From a bacterium (lineage in GTDB: Bacteria; Hydrothermota; UBA3073; JACQXS01; JAQTXJ01): a stretch of 64,000 nucleotides of DNA. Shown here in pieces: positions 39,509 to 49,545 of this stretch. Every line of letters starts with the position of its first letter. Position 1 is the first letter of the stretch. Position numbers and translations under genes: made by a program. The notes beneath the pieces are model-generated. The model was not told the DNA's origin, did not search any database, and saw only the letters and a program-made list of their open reading frames with translations. The stretch lies in the NCBI GenBank assembly GCA_028688815.1, contig JAQTXJ010000002.1:21485-85484 (forward strand), given 5' to 3'.

Positions 39509-41539
39509 TTATTCCTGTCTGTTTGTTCGGTTAGGCAGACTGGATAATGAGGACTCTTTATATATTATATCTCTTTCTGTAAGTACGGAGATACTATTAT
39601 CTAATTCTTTTATACCGGAACCAAATCTATCGCTGCCTTGGCGAGATGTCTCATTTGTCAGGTAAATATTTTTTAATATTGTGTATTGAAAGTTTTTACC
39701 AATAACGGACGCTGTTTGAAGGGTATCTTTTGTTTTTTCGTCTAAATTATCCAGTCGAGACATTACTATTCCTTCAACAGAATCGGGAATTTTAAGTTCG
39801 GATATTTTGGCGCTTAACTGCCAATGCCCAAACTGTTTTTTTAGAATCTCATTTTCTACTAGCGAATTTAACAACTCTTCAACATATAAAGGATTACCTC
39901 CGGATTGTTCTATTATAAGTCTTTTTAATTCTATGGTTAAATGATTGGTTTTAAGTATTAATTTGCTGAATGTCTCGCTTTCTGTTTCGGACAACTCTGA
40001 GAGGGCGAATTCTTTATAATATTTTTCAATTCCCTGTTTTAAAGTTTTTGTAATACTGAAACCTGCTTGTCCTCCTGTTTTGATAAAATCGGGAGCAGGC
40101 AAATCGGATTTACGATAACTGCATACAATAAAAATATTTATATTTTCTATTCGCCGGGATATATATTTTAGTAATTCAAAAGATACGCTATCCGTCCAAT
40201 GAAAGTCTTCAAAAACTATTATTATGGGAGTTTTTTTTGCCTGTGCAAAAAGGCAGCTTTTTACTGCATCAAATGTGTTCTGTTTTATAGTTTTTGCATC
40301 AAGCTGGTCTAATATGCTGTTTTTTTCTTTTATGGAAAATAAATTATACATAAAAGGTATATATTTATTAATGTCTTTATCTATCCCGGAAAGGCTTTGC
40401 ATTTTAGAATGAATTTTTTGTTTTATTTTTTCTTTAGAATCGGAGTCTATGATATTAAAAAAGTTTTTAAATATTTCTATAATGGTCCAATATAACATAG
40501 AAGTACCGTAAGAGAGTCCTTTCCCTTCAAGCCATAATAACTCCTGGCGAGTAATTGCCTTCATACTCTTAGCGGGATGTTCCATTTTTTGTGATTTCTG
40601 CTTTTTGGGTAAAGGTGAAAAAACCTGATTTTTAAATTCGTAAATCAATCTTGTTTTCCCTATCCCGGCATCACCTATTACGGATACAACTTGACCATTG
40701 CCGGACAATGTTTTCTCCCAAAGTTGTTTTAACGAGTTTAATTCTCTTGTTCTCCCTACCATTTGCAACTGAAGTTGTTTGAGTCGGACAGGATAATTTC
40801 GTGCAAGCCCCAGAACTTTGTACATTTCAATCATATGGGATTTCCCTTTTACCTTTACAGGTTTGAGAGATTTAATTTCAAATATTTCATTGACTTTCTC
40901 ACAAGTAGATTTGCTTATTAGTATTTCTCCTGGGGAAGCTTGTTGTTCTATTCTTGAGGCAAGGTTGACATTATCGCCCATTACAGTATATTCCATTCTT
41001 TTTTCACTTCCTACATTACCTGCTACGACCAATCCCGTGTTTATTCCTACGGACATTTGTAAAGAAAATACTCCCCGGGATGTTTTCAATTTTTGAAAAG
41101 GTTTCATTGCCGATTGCATATCTAAAGCGGCTTTTACGGCTCTTTCAGGGTCGTCTTCGTGAGATACGGGCGCGCCAAACAAAACCATAATTGCATCTCC
41201 CATAAATTTATCTACAGTGCCGCCATAATTCAGTATAATGTTTAGCATTTTGGTGAAATAGTTATTAACAATTTCCGTTATTTCTTCTGCGCCTTTTTTG
41301 CCACTTACTGTATAGCCTTTTTCAGAAACTGTTTTGGATAATTCTTCAGTTAAATGTGTAAATCCTGATAAATCGGCAAACAGAACGGTAACTAATCTGA
41401 ACTCGCCTTCTACCTTTGCAGAAGAAGGATTTAAAAGGATTTTTTCTACAACCCTTTCCGGGAGGTAACGTTTTAATGCGTTGATTTGGGATATTAATTG
41501 CTGAATTTGAGGAGATGTAATAGTAGTATTTCGTTTCAT
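39509..41539 (-). CDS. Class III adenylate/guanylate cyclase catalytic domain fused to a STAND/AAA P-loop NTPase
   Basis: CHD motifs (VTVLFADLSGFT; FMGDAIMVLFGAP; GINTGLVVAGNVGS…YTVMGDNVNLASRIE) and a Walker A motif (VSVIGDAGIGKTRL). The stop lies 2 nt before the ATG of the TPR ORF. Confidence 0.7.
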   Translation of the reverse strand: MKRNTTITSPQIQQLISQINALKRYLPERVVEKILLNPSSAKVEGEFRLVTVLFADLSGFTHLTEELSKTVSEKGYTVSGKKGAEEITEIVNNYFTKMLNIILNYGGTVDKFMGDAIMVLFGAPVSHEDDPERAVKAALDMQSAMKPFQKLKTSRGVFSLQMSVGINTGLVVAGNVGSEKRMEYTVMGDNVNLASRIEQQASPGEILISKSTCEKVNEIFEIKSLKPVKVKGKSHMIEMYKVLGLARNYPVRLKQLQLQMVGRTRELNSLKQLWEKTLSGNGQVVSVIGDAGIGKTRLIYEFKNQVFSPLPKKQKSQKMEHPAKSMKAITRQELLWLEGKGLSYGTSMLYWTIIEIFKNFFNIIDSDSKEKIKQKIHSKMQSLSGIDKDINKYIPFMYNLFSIKEKNSILDQLDAKTIKQNTFDAVKSCLFAQAKKTPIIIVFEDFHWTDSVSFELLKYISRRIENINIFIVCSYRKSDLPAPDFIKTGGQAGFSITKTLKQGIEKYYKEFALSELSETESETFSKLILKTNHLTIELKRLIIEQSGGNPLYVEELLNSLVENEILKKQFGHWQLSAKISELKIPDSVEGIVMSRLDNLDEKTKDTLQTASVIGKNFQYTILKNIYLTNETSRQGSDRFGSGIKELDNSISVLTERDIIYKESSLSSLPNRTNRQE

Positions 41540-41799
41540 ATTTTTACCGCCTTAACGAGATGTTCCATTTGAATACATTAAGGTTTTATAATTTAGATAT
41601 AGAAATAGTCAACTTAAAATTAGAAAAAGAAAAAGTAAAGAGAAAAACCATAACATTGCTGTGATTTATGCGAGGCAACCAAATCAAAGGAGTTTATTAT
41701 TTTCGGCTTGACAAACCTATATATTTAAATCATTTTGTATATATTATAGGTTTTCTTTAAAAATCCTGCAGATTACAATATTAGGAGATAGGAGGAAAA

Positions 41800-44079
41800 A
41801 TGACATTGTTACTTTTTGTATTTTTACAAACAGGGTCTATTCAAAAGATAGAATATGTTGAGCATCCTGTATCAACAGGATTGGTTGGGGACGTAACAAA
41901 AGAGGTTATTATGGGTAATATCCCGCGTCCGGTAAAAAATAAGTTATTTTCACAGGAATCAAAAGCAACTGAAAATTGGGCATTTGCGGATTCATGTTAC
42001 TTTCAAGGCAGAATAAGAAATACCGGGCATTACTATGCAAAAATTGACAGTACTGGAATAACAGAATTTCTTCCGGACAATAATCTGACTTCCACTGCAC
42101 TTCAGGCAATTGCAGCAGTTCCCGAGTGGCTTAAAATACAGCTATGGGATAATTTTTCCCGTATGAATACCCAGTGTCAGAATACTTATGGGGCTCTTAT
42201 TTTAGCAACTCCTTTTCCGTGGCAGGATGAGCTTGCTTTTGTAATTGCCAACGTTGATTCGCTTATACTTGAGCATCATAGAAGCAATCCAACGATATTT
42301 ACTGATAATGTAAAACTTATTTACAAACACGACAGCGTACTTGATTATGTTCGTCTTGTGGAATATTCCGATTACACGACGGCAAAATATAAAATGGCAA
42401 ACAACAATCAAGACACAACCGAAATAGAAATTCCTCGCGATATATATTATTGGTTTGTTGTGCATCCCGTAATTACGCATGAAATGATATTCTATATAAA
42501 TCCTTATACTGCAGACCTTAGCTATTCCGGCGCAGGAGAATCTTCTCCTCCGACCGGGAAGTTCTGGAGGGATTATTATTTCAATTATCCGGATACCGCG
42601 CAGAAGACAGTTTGGAGTAGTTACGGCCCTGCCGATACTATATATGCAGGGACTGTTTCTCCCATATTAAAGAATAGACTCGCAGGAGAAAAAATCTTAT
42701 ATAATAATAAAATTGATGTTTCTGCTAGTAACGGAGCTATTGGAAAAGTTACAAAATGGGTAAACGATATAATGGTATTTAATGCTGAAGGCAGTGATAT
42801 GTGGAGTGGAGAGAGAGCATGGCAGCCTGTAAGACAATATCATATGCACAGAGGGAGATGCGGAGAATGGACTGTTGTAACTGCGGCCGCGGCAAGAGCA
42901 TCGTTAATACCAACTACCAGTCCCAATGATGTGACGCGAGACCACACATGGAACGAGTGGTATGATACTGACTGGCGTGGATGGGAGCCCGTAAATAATT
43001 ATGTTAATTCTATGGCACATTATGAAGACGGGGGATGGGTATTTAGAGCCGTATATAACTATAGAGGAGATGGTTATACATGGGATGTAACACCGCACTA
43101 CTCCCAGCATTGTACCCTGACGGTTCTTGCTCAAGACGCTTCAGGAAGGCCGTTAGATGGAGCAAGAGTATATGTATTTACTCCATATTTTGACAATAGC
43201 GATACTACTTTAAGCGATAAAAGAGTTACGGATTCCGACGGAAGGGCAGAGTTTTTATTGGGAGAAGGCGTGGATTATTTTGTAAATGTGACAGCAACTC
43301 CGAGAGGTTGTTATCCTAATACAAGCGGAGGATACGTAAAGATAATAAGCAATTCCGTTGCAGGGCAACATTATAACTGGATATGTCCTTCTTTAACCGG
43401 AGCAACTGCAAGTCAACCCGCTATAACAGTATCGCAGGATGTTTTAACCGATACTACTAAGTTTTATAAGATTGATGTTAATTTTAGTGTTCCCCAGGAG
43501 ATAATTCGCGGGAAAGCTATATTTTACGACGAACTAAATAGTCATACTCACCAACCCCAATACGGATATTACACGGATGTTGCAAAAAATATTGAATTTT
43601 TCATCTGTGACGGCACGAATTTTACGGCATACCAGAGTGGTTCCGCTTTTGAAGCATTTGAAATTGGCCATAATACAGATGCGGGAAATGTTAGTTTTAT
43701 GTGCCCTAAGGGAGACTGGTATGTGGTTTTTTCTACGAAGGACCTTTATAACAATGGAGAAGTTATTAATCTTAATATGAATCTTTACAAAAATCTTATT
43801 GGTGTGGAAGAAAACCCATATAAAAAGTTTTCTTTAAGCTTATCGTCAACTGTTTTTAAAAAATCCATAATTATTGATTTTATGTTGCCGCAGAAAGAAA
43901 AAGTGCAGTTAAGGGTATATGATTTAAGCGGAAGATGTGTAAGAGCAATTATTAAAGATGAAATAAAAACAGGGTGTCAACGGGTTGAATTGGATGGAAA
44001 GAAGTTAGGTAAGGGTATATATTTCATCCGTCTTGATGCAGGGAAGAATGTGTTGACGAAAAAAATAGTAAAGATTTAA
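41800..44079 (+). CDS. Transglutaminase-like (Cys-His-Asp) domain protein with T9SS type-A C-terminal sorting domain
   Basis: AGGAGATAGGAGG SD site. GRCGEWTVVTAAAARASLIP…DHTWNEWYDTDWRGWEP matches the transglutaminase-like core. C-terminal VQLRVYDLSGRCV…GIYFIRL…KKIVKI. Confidence 0.6.
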   Translation: MTLLLFVFLQTGSIQKIEYVEHPVSTGLVGDVTKEVIMGNIPRPVKNKLFSQESKATENWAFADSCYFQGRIRNTGHYYAKIDSTGITEFLPDNNLTSTALQAIAAVPEWLKIQLWDNFSRMNTQCQNTYGALILATPFPWQDELAFVIANVDSLILEHHRSNPTIFTDNVKLIYKHDSVLDYVRLVEYSDYTTAKYKMANNNQDTTEIEIPRDIYYWFVVHPVITHEMIFYINPYTADLSYSGAGESSPPTGKFWRDYYFNYPDTAQKTVWSSYGPADTIYAGTVSPILKNRLAGEKILYNNKIDVSASNGAIGKVTKWVNDIMVFNAEGSDMWSGERAWQPVRQYHMHRGRCGEWTVVTAAAARASLIPTTSPNDVTRDHTWNEWYDTDWRGWEPVNNYVNSMAHYEDGGWVFRAVYNYRGDGYTWDVTPHYSQHCTLTVLAQDASGRPLDGARVYVFTPYFDNSDTTLSDKRVTDSDGRAEFLLGEGVDYFVNVTATPRGCYPNTSGGYVKIISNSVAGQHYNWICPSLTGATASQPAITVSQDVLTDTTKFYKIDVNFSVPQEIIRGKAIFYDELNSHTHQPQYGYYTDVAKNIEFFICDGTNFTAYQSGSAFEAFEIGHNTDAGNVSFMCPKGDWYVVFSTKDLYNNGEVINLNMNLYKNLIGVEENPYKKFSLSLSSTVFKKSIIIDFMLPQKEKVQLRVYDLSGRCVRAIIKDEIKTGCQRVELDGKKLGKGIYFIRLDAGKNVLTKKIVKI

Positions 44080-44091
44080 CGGCAAGTAGCG

Positions 44092-44131
44092 AAAAAAGCA
44101 GGGACAGATTATAATCTGTCCCTGCTTTTTT
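44092..44131. terminator. Bidirectional rho-independent terminator between convergent genes
   Basis: aaaaaagcagggacagat-tata-atctgtccctgctttttt is a perfect 13-bp stem flanked by A- and T-runs. Confidence 0.65.
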
Positions 44132-44146
44132 ATTAAATGCTCCAAG

Positions 44147-47100
44147 TTATTTCACTATTACCATTTTCTTAACATCTGTAAAGTTGGCAGTAGCAAGCTT
44201 ATAAAAATAAATACCTGTAGATACGCTTTCTCCTTTTGTATTTTTGGCATCCCATTGAACTTTATAATATCCCGGTTTGCAAGTTCCATCCACGAGTGTT
44301 TTTATCAGTTTTCCTGTTACATCATATATTTTTAAGGATATTTTAGTTTCAACAGGAATCTGATAACTAATAATTGAGCCATAAGAAAACGGATTGGGTG
44401 TGCTTGGAAATAATTTATATTCATTTATAGCAATTTTTGAATCAGGTTCTTCAGTTCCTGTCATAGGACCAAGCAGGGCAAAGAAAGTCCCGAGAGCATT
44501 AGATTTGCCATAAACAATGTTTGATACGGTATCAATAGTATATTCTATGGGGTCCCAACTTACGCCATTGTATCGTCCCATCCATAAGGAAGTTTCCGGG
44601 AAGCTAAAATTGCTATCTACATAAGGTATGGATATATCGCTTTTAAGTCCTCCAAGTAATAATTGTTGTCCATTTTCGAGCCAGATTTGCCTGAACGCAT
44701 CTGTAGATAGATAAGGATTAGGAGATGGGGATTCAGATGGATCTTTTATTACGCATACAAGACTTGTGTTTTCTTCGAGAGCAAGTTCGGGAATGGCTAT
44801 TCGTGTGATATTATTTTCAGATTCACTCCCGAGTATCATTACATTATTACACATTCTTTCTACCGTCTCTCTTTTTGAATGTGCGGCAATTTTTGTTGTT
44901 CCCCAAAATTCCTGTTCATCCGGATATTTATTATCAATAGTTATTATTATACCAGAAGGCTTAGCATCTGAAATATCAGAAGTGTCGGTAGCGACGGCTC
45001 TTAATTGATAGTTGCCTTCAGAAAGGTCTGATATATTCCATAAGGCAAAATATGGCCAGGAAGAATCAGGATTAGTGAATAAAGAATACGCTGATTGAAC
45101 TAGTTTCCAGTTAACAGAATCTATGGACTTATATTCAAATTGTACGCATTTAATTTCTCGCCACCACTGAGGTTTCCAGAAAAGTGTTCCTGCAAAAATA
45201 GTAACTCTGTTTCCACTTATTCGTTTCCCGGAATAAGGAGCAAGAATTCTTACTTTTACCTTATTGGTATCGGTTATTGTTCCCACAGTAACTACTACGT
45301 TTTCATTTTTTTCTTCGTGTCCGCTTATATCTTCAGCTCGTAAACCAAATATATAAGTGGTATCCATAGTAAGGGAATGCACCCATATTGTATCCGGGTG
45401 TAAAACCGTAGCAATTGGAGTTGTATAATTAATAGTTCCCGTTGCATTATCCGAATATATATTATATTTTTCACAATCATAACTACTTGATTTGACCCAG
45501 CTTAGCTTTACTCCGTTGTTAGATAAAAGACTTGCTCTAAATTCAGATACTCTACGAGGGGGAAAAGTATCAGCGGGGATTGCGGCTATGGAATCAGAAA
45601 AGTTAGATTCATTACCGGAGGCATCTACAGAAGTAACTACATACCAATATTTAGTGCCATTAAAAAGTGATTTATCGTGAAACCATTTTCCCGTGATAAT
45701 ATGACTATTAATACGGGTAAATATGGAATCACCGTTTGTCTTGCTGTAAACATTGTATCCCTTCAAATCAGTAGTTATTACTTTTTTCCAATATATATAT
45801 GTCTCGCCATCTCCGGTAACAACTTCCAGGCTTTCAGGTTTTGTAGGGGCAGTGGTATCTCCGGTGAAGATATTAAGGAAAGTACTACAACCCGGGAAAC
45901 TTTCAGGTCCGATATTCTCTGCACTGTCAAAAGTATATACTAAAAAGTGATATAGATGTTTATTTAATCCGTTGAATATAGCAAAAGTGTCAGGATAATT
46001 TCCCAGCCAAACATTCCAATTACTGTTTCCATCTCTTACTTTCACATAATAAGAATTTGAAAGTCCGGACATTGAATCTACGCCTTTTGACCACCGAACT
46101 ATAAAATTAGGTGTGGTAATTGTATCCGGCAAGGCATAGATATTACAGTTTGTTGGCGCTGTTGTATCTCGCCTTAAGTAAACTATCGAATAGTTATTAA
46201 AATTTATATTTCCTACGCCATCTCCTAACCATACATATAAAGGAACTGCACCTTCTTGTTGTAATGAAACATACATCGGGGGTTCGCCATAGAATAACCC
46301 GGTAGTATCAAACTTACTTGTAGGCGCTGAACCAAGTTTATACAGTACTGATTTTATGCCACTGGGGTCATTATTTTTTTTATAGCATATTTCAAATACG
46401 GGATTTTGTGTCCAGGGAGAAGGATTCTTTCCGTTAGCTGTAAGGCTTTCTGGCGCAGATGGTGCCGTTGTATCCTGATTGAAAAAGAAAGCTCCGATAT
46501 CTATTCTTGTGCCGTCGGGGTCTTTATTCCCTAAGCTGGAATCCCCGGCATCAATGCAAGCAGAACCTGGTTTTAAATGGAAATTTTTTACAGTTGTATC
46601 TACGAACAAAGGATTTTGAGATATATTTCCTTTGGCTCCTATAGTATCTTGAAACCCATAGCCATTGTAGTTCATTCCGTTGTTCCAGAAGTCGTTAAAA
46701 CCGATGTCTGCCAGTGGTGTAGCTCCACTATAAAAGGAAATCCCATTAGTATTACTTGAAATTATATTATTCTTTATGATTGGTTCCGCATTTATTCCAA
46801 AGATTATCCCGTGTGCAACATTATTAATAATAGTATTATTAATAACAGTCGGATGCCCATTCTCCATACAATGAATGGCTGCATAATGCCCTATAAAAAC
46901 ATTCCTTACGAATGTAACATAAAGAGAGTCGAAATATCCAAAAGTTGAGGTAGAGGTGTCATCTTTTATTATTCTAAATCCGGTGACAATTGTATTTCCT
47001 GCTCCCGGAGTATTGCTCCCGCCTTTTATAATTGTGCCGTGAGAACTTATAATTGAAAAGTCAGCTCCTGCGCCTACTAATTGTACTTCGGGTTTAAGAA

Positions 47101-47350
47101 CAATGTTTTCATGATAAGTTCCTTTAGATACAAAGCAAATTCCTCCGGAATTAGTTGTGTTTATGCCTGCTTGAATAGTAGCCTTTGGTCCGACAACCCC
47201 ACCTTGATGAATGGAAACCGACCCATCAAAACTATCACTGCCAACCGCAGAATCAACGTATACAGTGTTATAGCCAGTAGCATAAACTTGAGGAGAGATT
47301 ATTGCAACAAAGCTTAATAGAAATAAACCAAGAAAATATTGTTTTTTCAT
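44147..47350 (-). CDS. Secreted right-handed beta-helix (pectate-lyase-fold) protein with fibronectin-III-like domains and T9SS C-terminal sorting domain
   Basis: Signal peptide. NNTIINNVAHGIIFGINAEPIIKNNIISSNTNGISF parallel beta-helix repeats. FN3-like segments. C-terminal NPF…ISLKIYDVTGKLIKTL…GIYFYKL…KKMVIVK. Confidence 0.6.
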   Translation of the reverse strand: MKKQYFLGLFLLSFVAIISPQVYATGYNTVYVDSAVGSDSFDGSVSIHQGGVVGPKATIQAGINTTNSGGICFVSKGTYHENIVLKPEVQLVGAGADFSIISSHGTIIKGGSNTPGAGNTIVTGFRIIKDDTSTSTFGYFDSLYVTFVRNVFIGHYAAIHCMENGHPTVINNTIINNVAHGIIFGINAEPIIKNNIISSNTNGISFYSGATPLADIGFNDFWNNGMNYNGYGFQDTIGAKGNISQNPLFVDTTVKNFHLKPGSACIDAGDSSLGNKDPDGTRIDIGAFFFNQDTTAPSAPESLTANGKNPSPWTQNPVFEICYKKNNDPSGIKSVLYKLGSAPTSKFDTTGLFYGEPPMYVSLQQEGAVPLYVWLGDGVGNINFNNYSIVYLRRDTTAPTNCNIYALPDTITTPNFIVRWSKGVDSMSGLSNSYYVKVRDGNSNWNVWLGNYPDTFAIFNGLNKHLYHFLVYTFDSAENIGPESFPGCSTFLNIFTGDTTAPTKPESLEVVTGDGETYIYWKKVITTDLKGYNVYSKTNGDSIFTRINSHIITGKWFHDKSLFNGTKYWYVVTSVDASGNESNFSDSIAAIPADTFPPRRVSEFRASLLSNNGVKLSWVKSSSYDCEKYNIYSDNATGTINYTTPIATVLHPDTIWVHSLTMDTTYIFGLRAEDISGHEEKNENVVVTVGTITDTNKVKVRILAPYSGKRISGNRVTIFAGTLFWKPQWWREIKCVQFEYKSIDSVNWKLVQSAYSLFTNPDSSWPYFALWNISDLSEGNYQLRAVATDTSDISDAKPSGIIITIDNKYPDEQEFWGTTKIAAHSKRETVERMCNNVMILGSESENNITRIAIPELALEENTSLVCVIKDPSESPSPNPYLSTDAFRQIWLENGQQLLLGGLKSDISIPYVDSNFSFPETSLWMGRYNGVSWDPIEYTIDTVSNIVYGKSNALGTFFALLGPMTGTEEPDSKIAINEYKLFPSTPNPFSYGSIISYQIPVETKISLKIYDVTGKLIKTLVDGTCKPGYYKVQWDAKNTKGESVSTGIYFYKLATANFTDVKKMVIVK

Positions 47351-47435
47351 GCTACCTCCTGTTGAAAATAGTTAGACAGGTTTGTATTACTTGATAAGGG
47401 AAAACATAAATATTTAAATAGTACCTCCTTAAAAA

Positions 47436-47471
47436 CAAGGCGGGCAATTTTTTTGCCCGCCTTATATTTTT
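47436..47471. terminator. Rho-independent terminator for 47478-49022
   Basis: aaggcgggca-attttttt-gcccgcctt hairpin with flanking T-runs. Confidence 0.55.
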
Positions 47472-47477
47472 TGTCAA

Positions 47478-49022
47478 TTAATGTACTTTTATGAGCTTCC
47501 CTTCATATGTTTTATTTGGTGTTTTGAGGGAGTAGAAATATATGCCTGCAGGCATTTTCTTGCTATTTGTATACAGGTTAAAAGATATGCTGTTAGAAGA
47601 ATATTCCGGAATAAGCGCTGTTATCTGGGTGCCTGTAATGTCATAAATGTATAGATTTTCCGATCTTTTTTGATAGGGTAATTCAAATTTTAGATTGTTT
47701 ACGAATGGGTTTGGTTGAATTATAATGGAATTCATAGAAGTTTTATTTGATTCTTCAATCCCTGTTCCGATATGAAAGTTTACGCCGGTTGCACCTGGAC
47801 TTGCCGTTACGCTATTGCCTTCTTGAATTGTGTCATTTACGGATAGACTTTTGCGGGCAATGCCTACATTATAAGTAGTTAATGCGCTACTGACATATGC
47901 GGTATAGTGTCCATCGCTGTAAGTTTTTGTATATGTTCCTGCTGTGAGCCCGGTAGGATAAGCCACTCCGATATCAATTTGGGCGCCTTTATAAGGAAGG
48001 CCATTTTTATAAACAAATCCACAAATAGAATCCGTTGCCCGATAAACAGTTATATTATTGGTTATTGATAATGGGCCAACATAAAAAGTAGCATTTTTAT
48101 ATAAAGGATTTAAATATTGAGGATAAAACTGGTCTTGAAGGTTAGCGCCTGTGAGGTAGTATGCTGGGCCTTGTTTCTTTATAATATAGTTATAATATCC
48201 ACTTGAGTTGGTATTTGTAAATAAGCCAAATGTTCCAACCGTTCCCGATACACCTCCTATTATCTGGAAAGTGTCGGAAATTGGATTTGAGGCATCATCC
48301 TTTACAGTTCCGGAGACAAAAGTAGTATCATTAGTGAGATTTGTAAGTGCAAGGTCTTTACCTGTCATTACTCCTGTAACTTGAAAAGGAATTATTTGAT
48401 TACTTATATAATTACGGCCAACTGTGCCTGCCAAATCCATTGAAGACATTGCAACTGTAGAGTCTTTAAAAACAGACGGTAAAACTATTGAATAAGCTCC
48501 CGAACTATTTGTAAATGCTCCATATAATACTTCTTCGTCATATATTGTATCCATTATTCCTATAAATATATTTGGGGTATTTGCCGGTGTAGTTATTGTT
48601 CCCGATATAGAACAAGAAGAAGAAATAGGATTAACCTGTATTGCAACGGTTCCGGATACTCCACCATCTTCAACACGTAAAACAAAATGACCCGTTATTG
48701 TAAAAGTTTTGCGTGTTATATTTATTGTCCCGTTTTTGGCTTCGTCCGCATCGTCAAAATTACCATCTATTAATCTGAATTTTAATACCCAATGGTCATT
48801 TCCGTCTATAGTTCCATTTCCATTTATATCGTAATAAAGAGCAGCTTTTGCTGATGCACCGTTAGATTCGGTGTTCCCGGTTATACGAATAGTGTCTGCG
48901 GTTGTCACTGTTAAAGACGTAGAGTTGTTTATTTTGAGATTGTGCATAGCATAAGCATTGAACGAGAATAATGCCATGGTCGCTAAACACAAAACCACTT
49001 TTTTTATACAAAGTCCTTTCAT
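47478..49022 (-). CDS. Secreted protein with Ca-binding dockerin/EF-hand-like motif, CRD-like Ig domains and T9SS C-terminal sorting domain
   Basis: Signal peptide. DINGNGTIDGND loop. C-terminal NPF…LYIYDITGTQITAL…GIYFYSLKT…KLIKVH. Confidence 0.5.
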   Translation of the reverse strand: MKGLCIKKVVLCLATMALFSFNAYAMHNLKINNSTSLTVTTADTIRITGNTESNGASAKAALYYDINGNGTIDGNDHWVLKFRLIDGNFDDADEAKNGTINITRKTFTITGHFVLRVEDGGVSGTVAIQVNPISSSCSISGTITTPANTPNIFIGIMDTIYDEEVLYGAFTNSSGAYSIVLPSVFKDSTVAMSSMDLAGTVGRNYISNQIIPFQVTGVMTGKDLALTNLTNDTTFVSGTVKDDASNPISDTFQIIGGVSGTVGTFGLFTNTNSSGYYNYIIKKQGPAYYLTGANLQDQFYPQYLNPLYKNATFYVGPLSITNNITVYRATDSICGFVYKNGLPYKGAQIDIGVAYPTGLTAGTYTKTYSDGHYTAYVSSALTTYNVGIARKSLSVNDTIQEGNSVTASPGATGVNFHIGTGIEESNKTSMNSIIIQPNPFVNNLKFELPYQKRSENLYIYDITGTQITALIPEYSSNSISFNLYTNSKKMPAGIYFYSLKTPNKTYEGKLIKVH

Positions 49023-49085
49023 CTTTCCTCCTTTTTTACTTTTTTTATTTTTTATATTCTAACGATTATGTTTTATTACACCCCC

Positions 49086-49442
49086 TTATTTAAGTTTGAT
49101 AAGTTTTATCGGAATAAAGTTCCCGATTCTTAAAAAATATATTCCCGTCGACATCTTTTTATTATTTGGCAACAAAGCAGAATAAGAATTCTCATTCTTT
49201 GAATATTCAGGCACAAGTTCCATAATTTTATTACCGGATACATCGTAAATCATTAATTTTGAGTTGTCAATTTTATAATTGTTACGTGTCCCGATTAAAG
49301 AATAGCGAATAACGGTTTTTTGAATAAACGGATTATGCCGGATAGTAAGACACTCCGGATTACGGTTCTGTATTCCGTAAGAAGTAAAAAAAAATGTCTC
49401 TATGCCTATTGTCAAAAACATCCCCAAATAAAGTCTTTTCAT
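49086..49442 (-). CDS. Small (118 aa) ORF consisting essentially of a T9SS type-A sorting domain
   Basis: NPFIQKTVIRYS…LMIYDVSGNKIMELVP…TGIYFLRIG…KLIKLK. No catalytic body precedes it. Confidence 0.35.
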   Translation of the reverse strand: MKRLYLGMFLTIGIETFFFTSYGIQNRNPECLTIRHNPFIQKTVIRYSLIGTRNNYKIDNSKLMIYDVSGNKIMELVPEYSKNENSYSALLPNNKKMSTGIYFLRIGNFIPIKLIKLK

Positions 49443-49545
49443 AGTACTTTCAATTGTCTATAACTTATATATAAACATTTTAACGTTTTGTCAATAGTTT
49501 TGATGAAATTATACTGAAATTAAAGATGGGAAAAGAAAATTAGCT

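Noticed and set aside
39509-41539. Possibility that the cyclase gene is a CBASS/defence nucleotidyltransferase
   Set aside because: The catalytic domain is a class III adenylate/guanylate cyclase homology domain, not a cGAS/DncV-like fold. No effector or phage-defence neighbours are present, so it is treated as a signalling protein.
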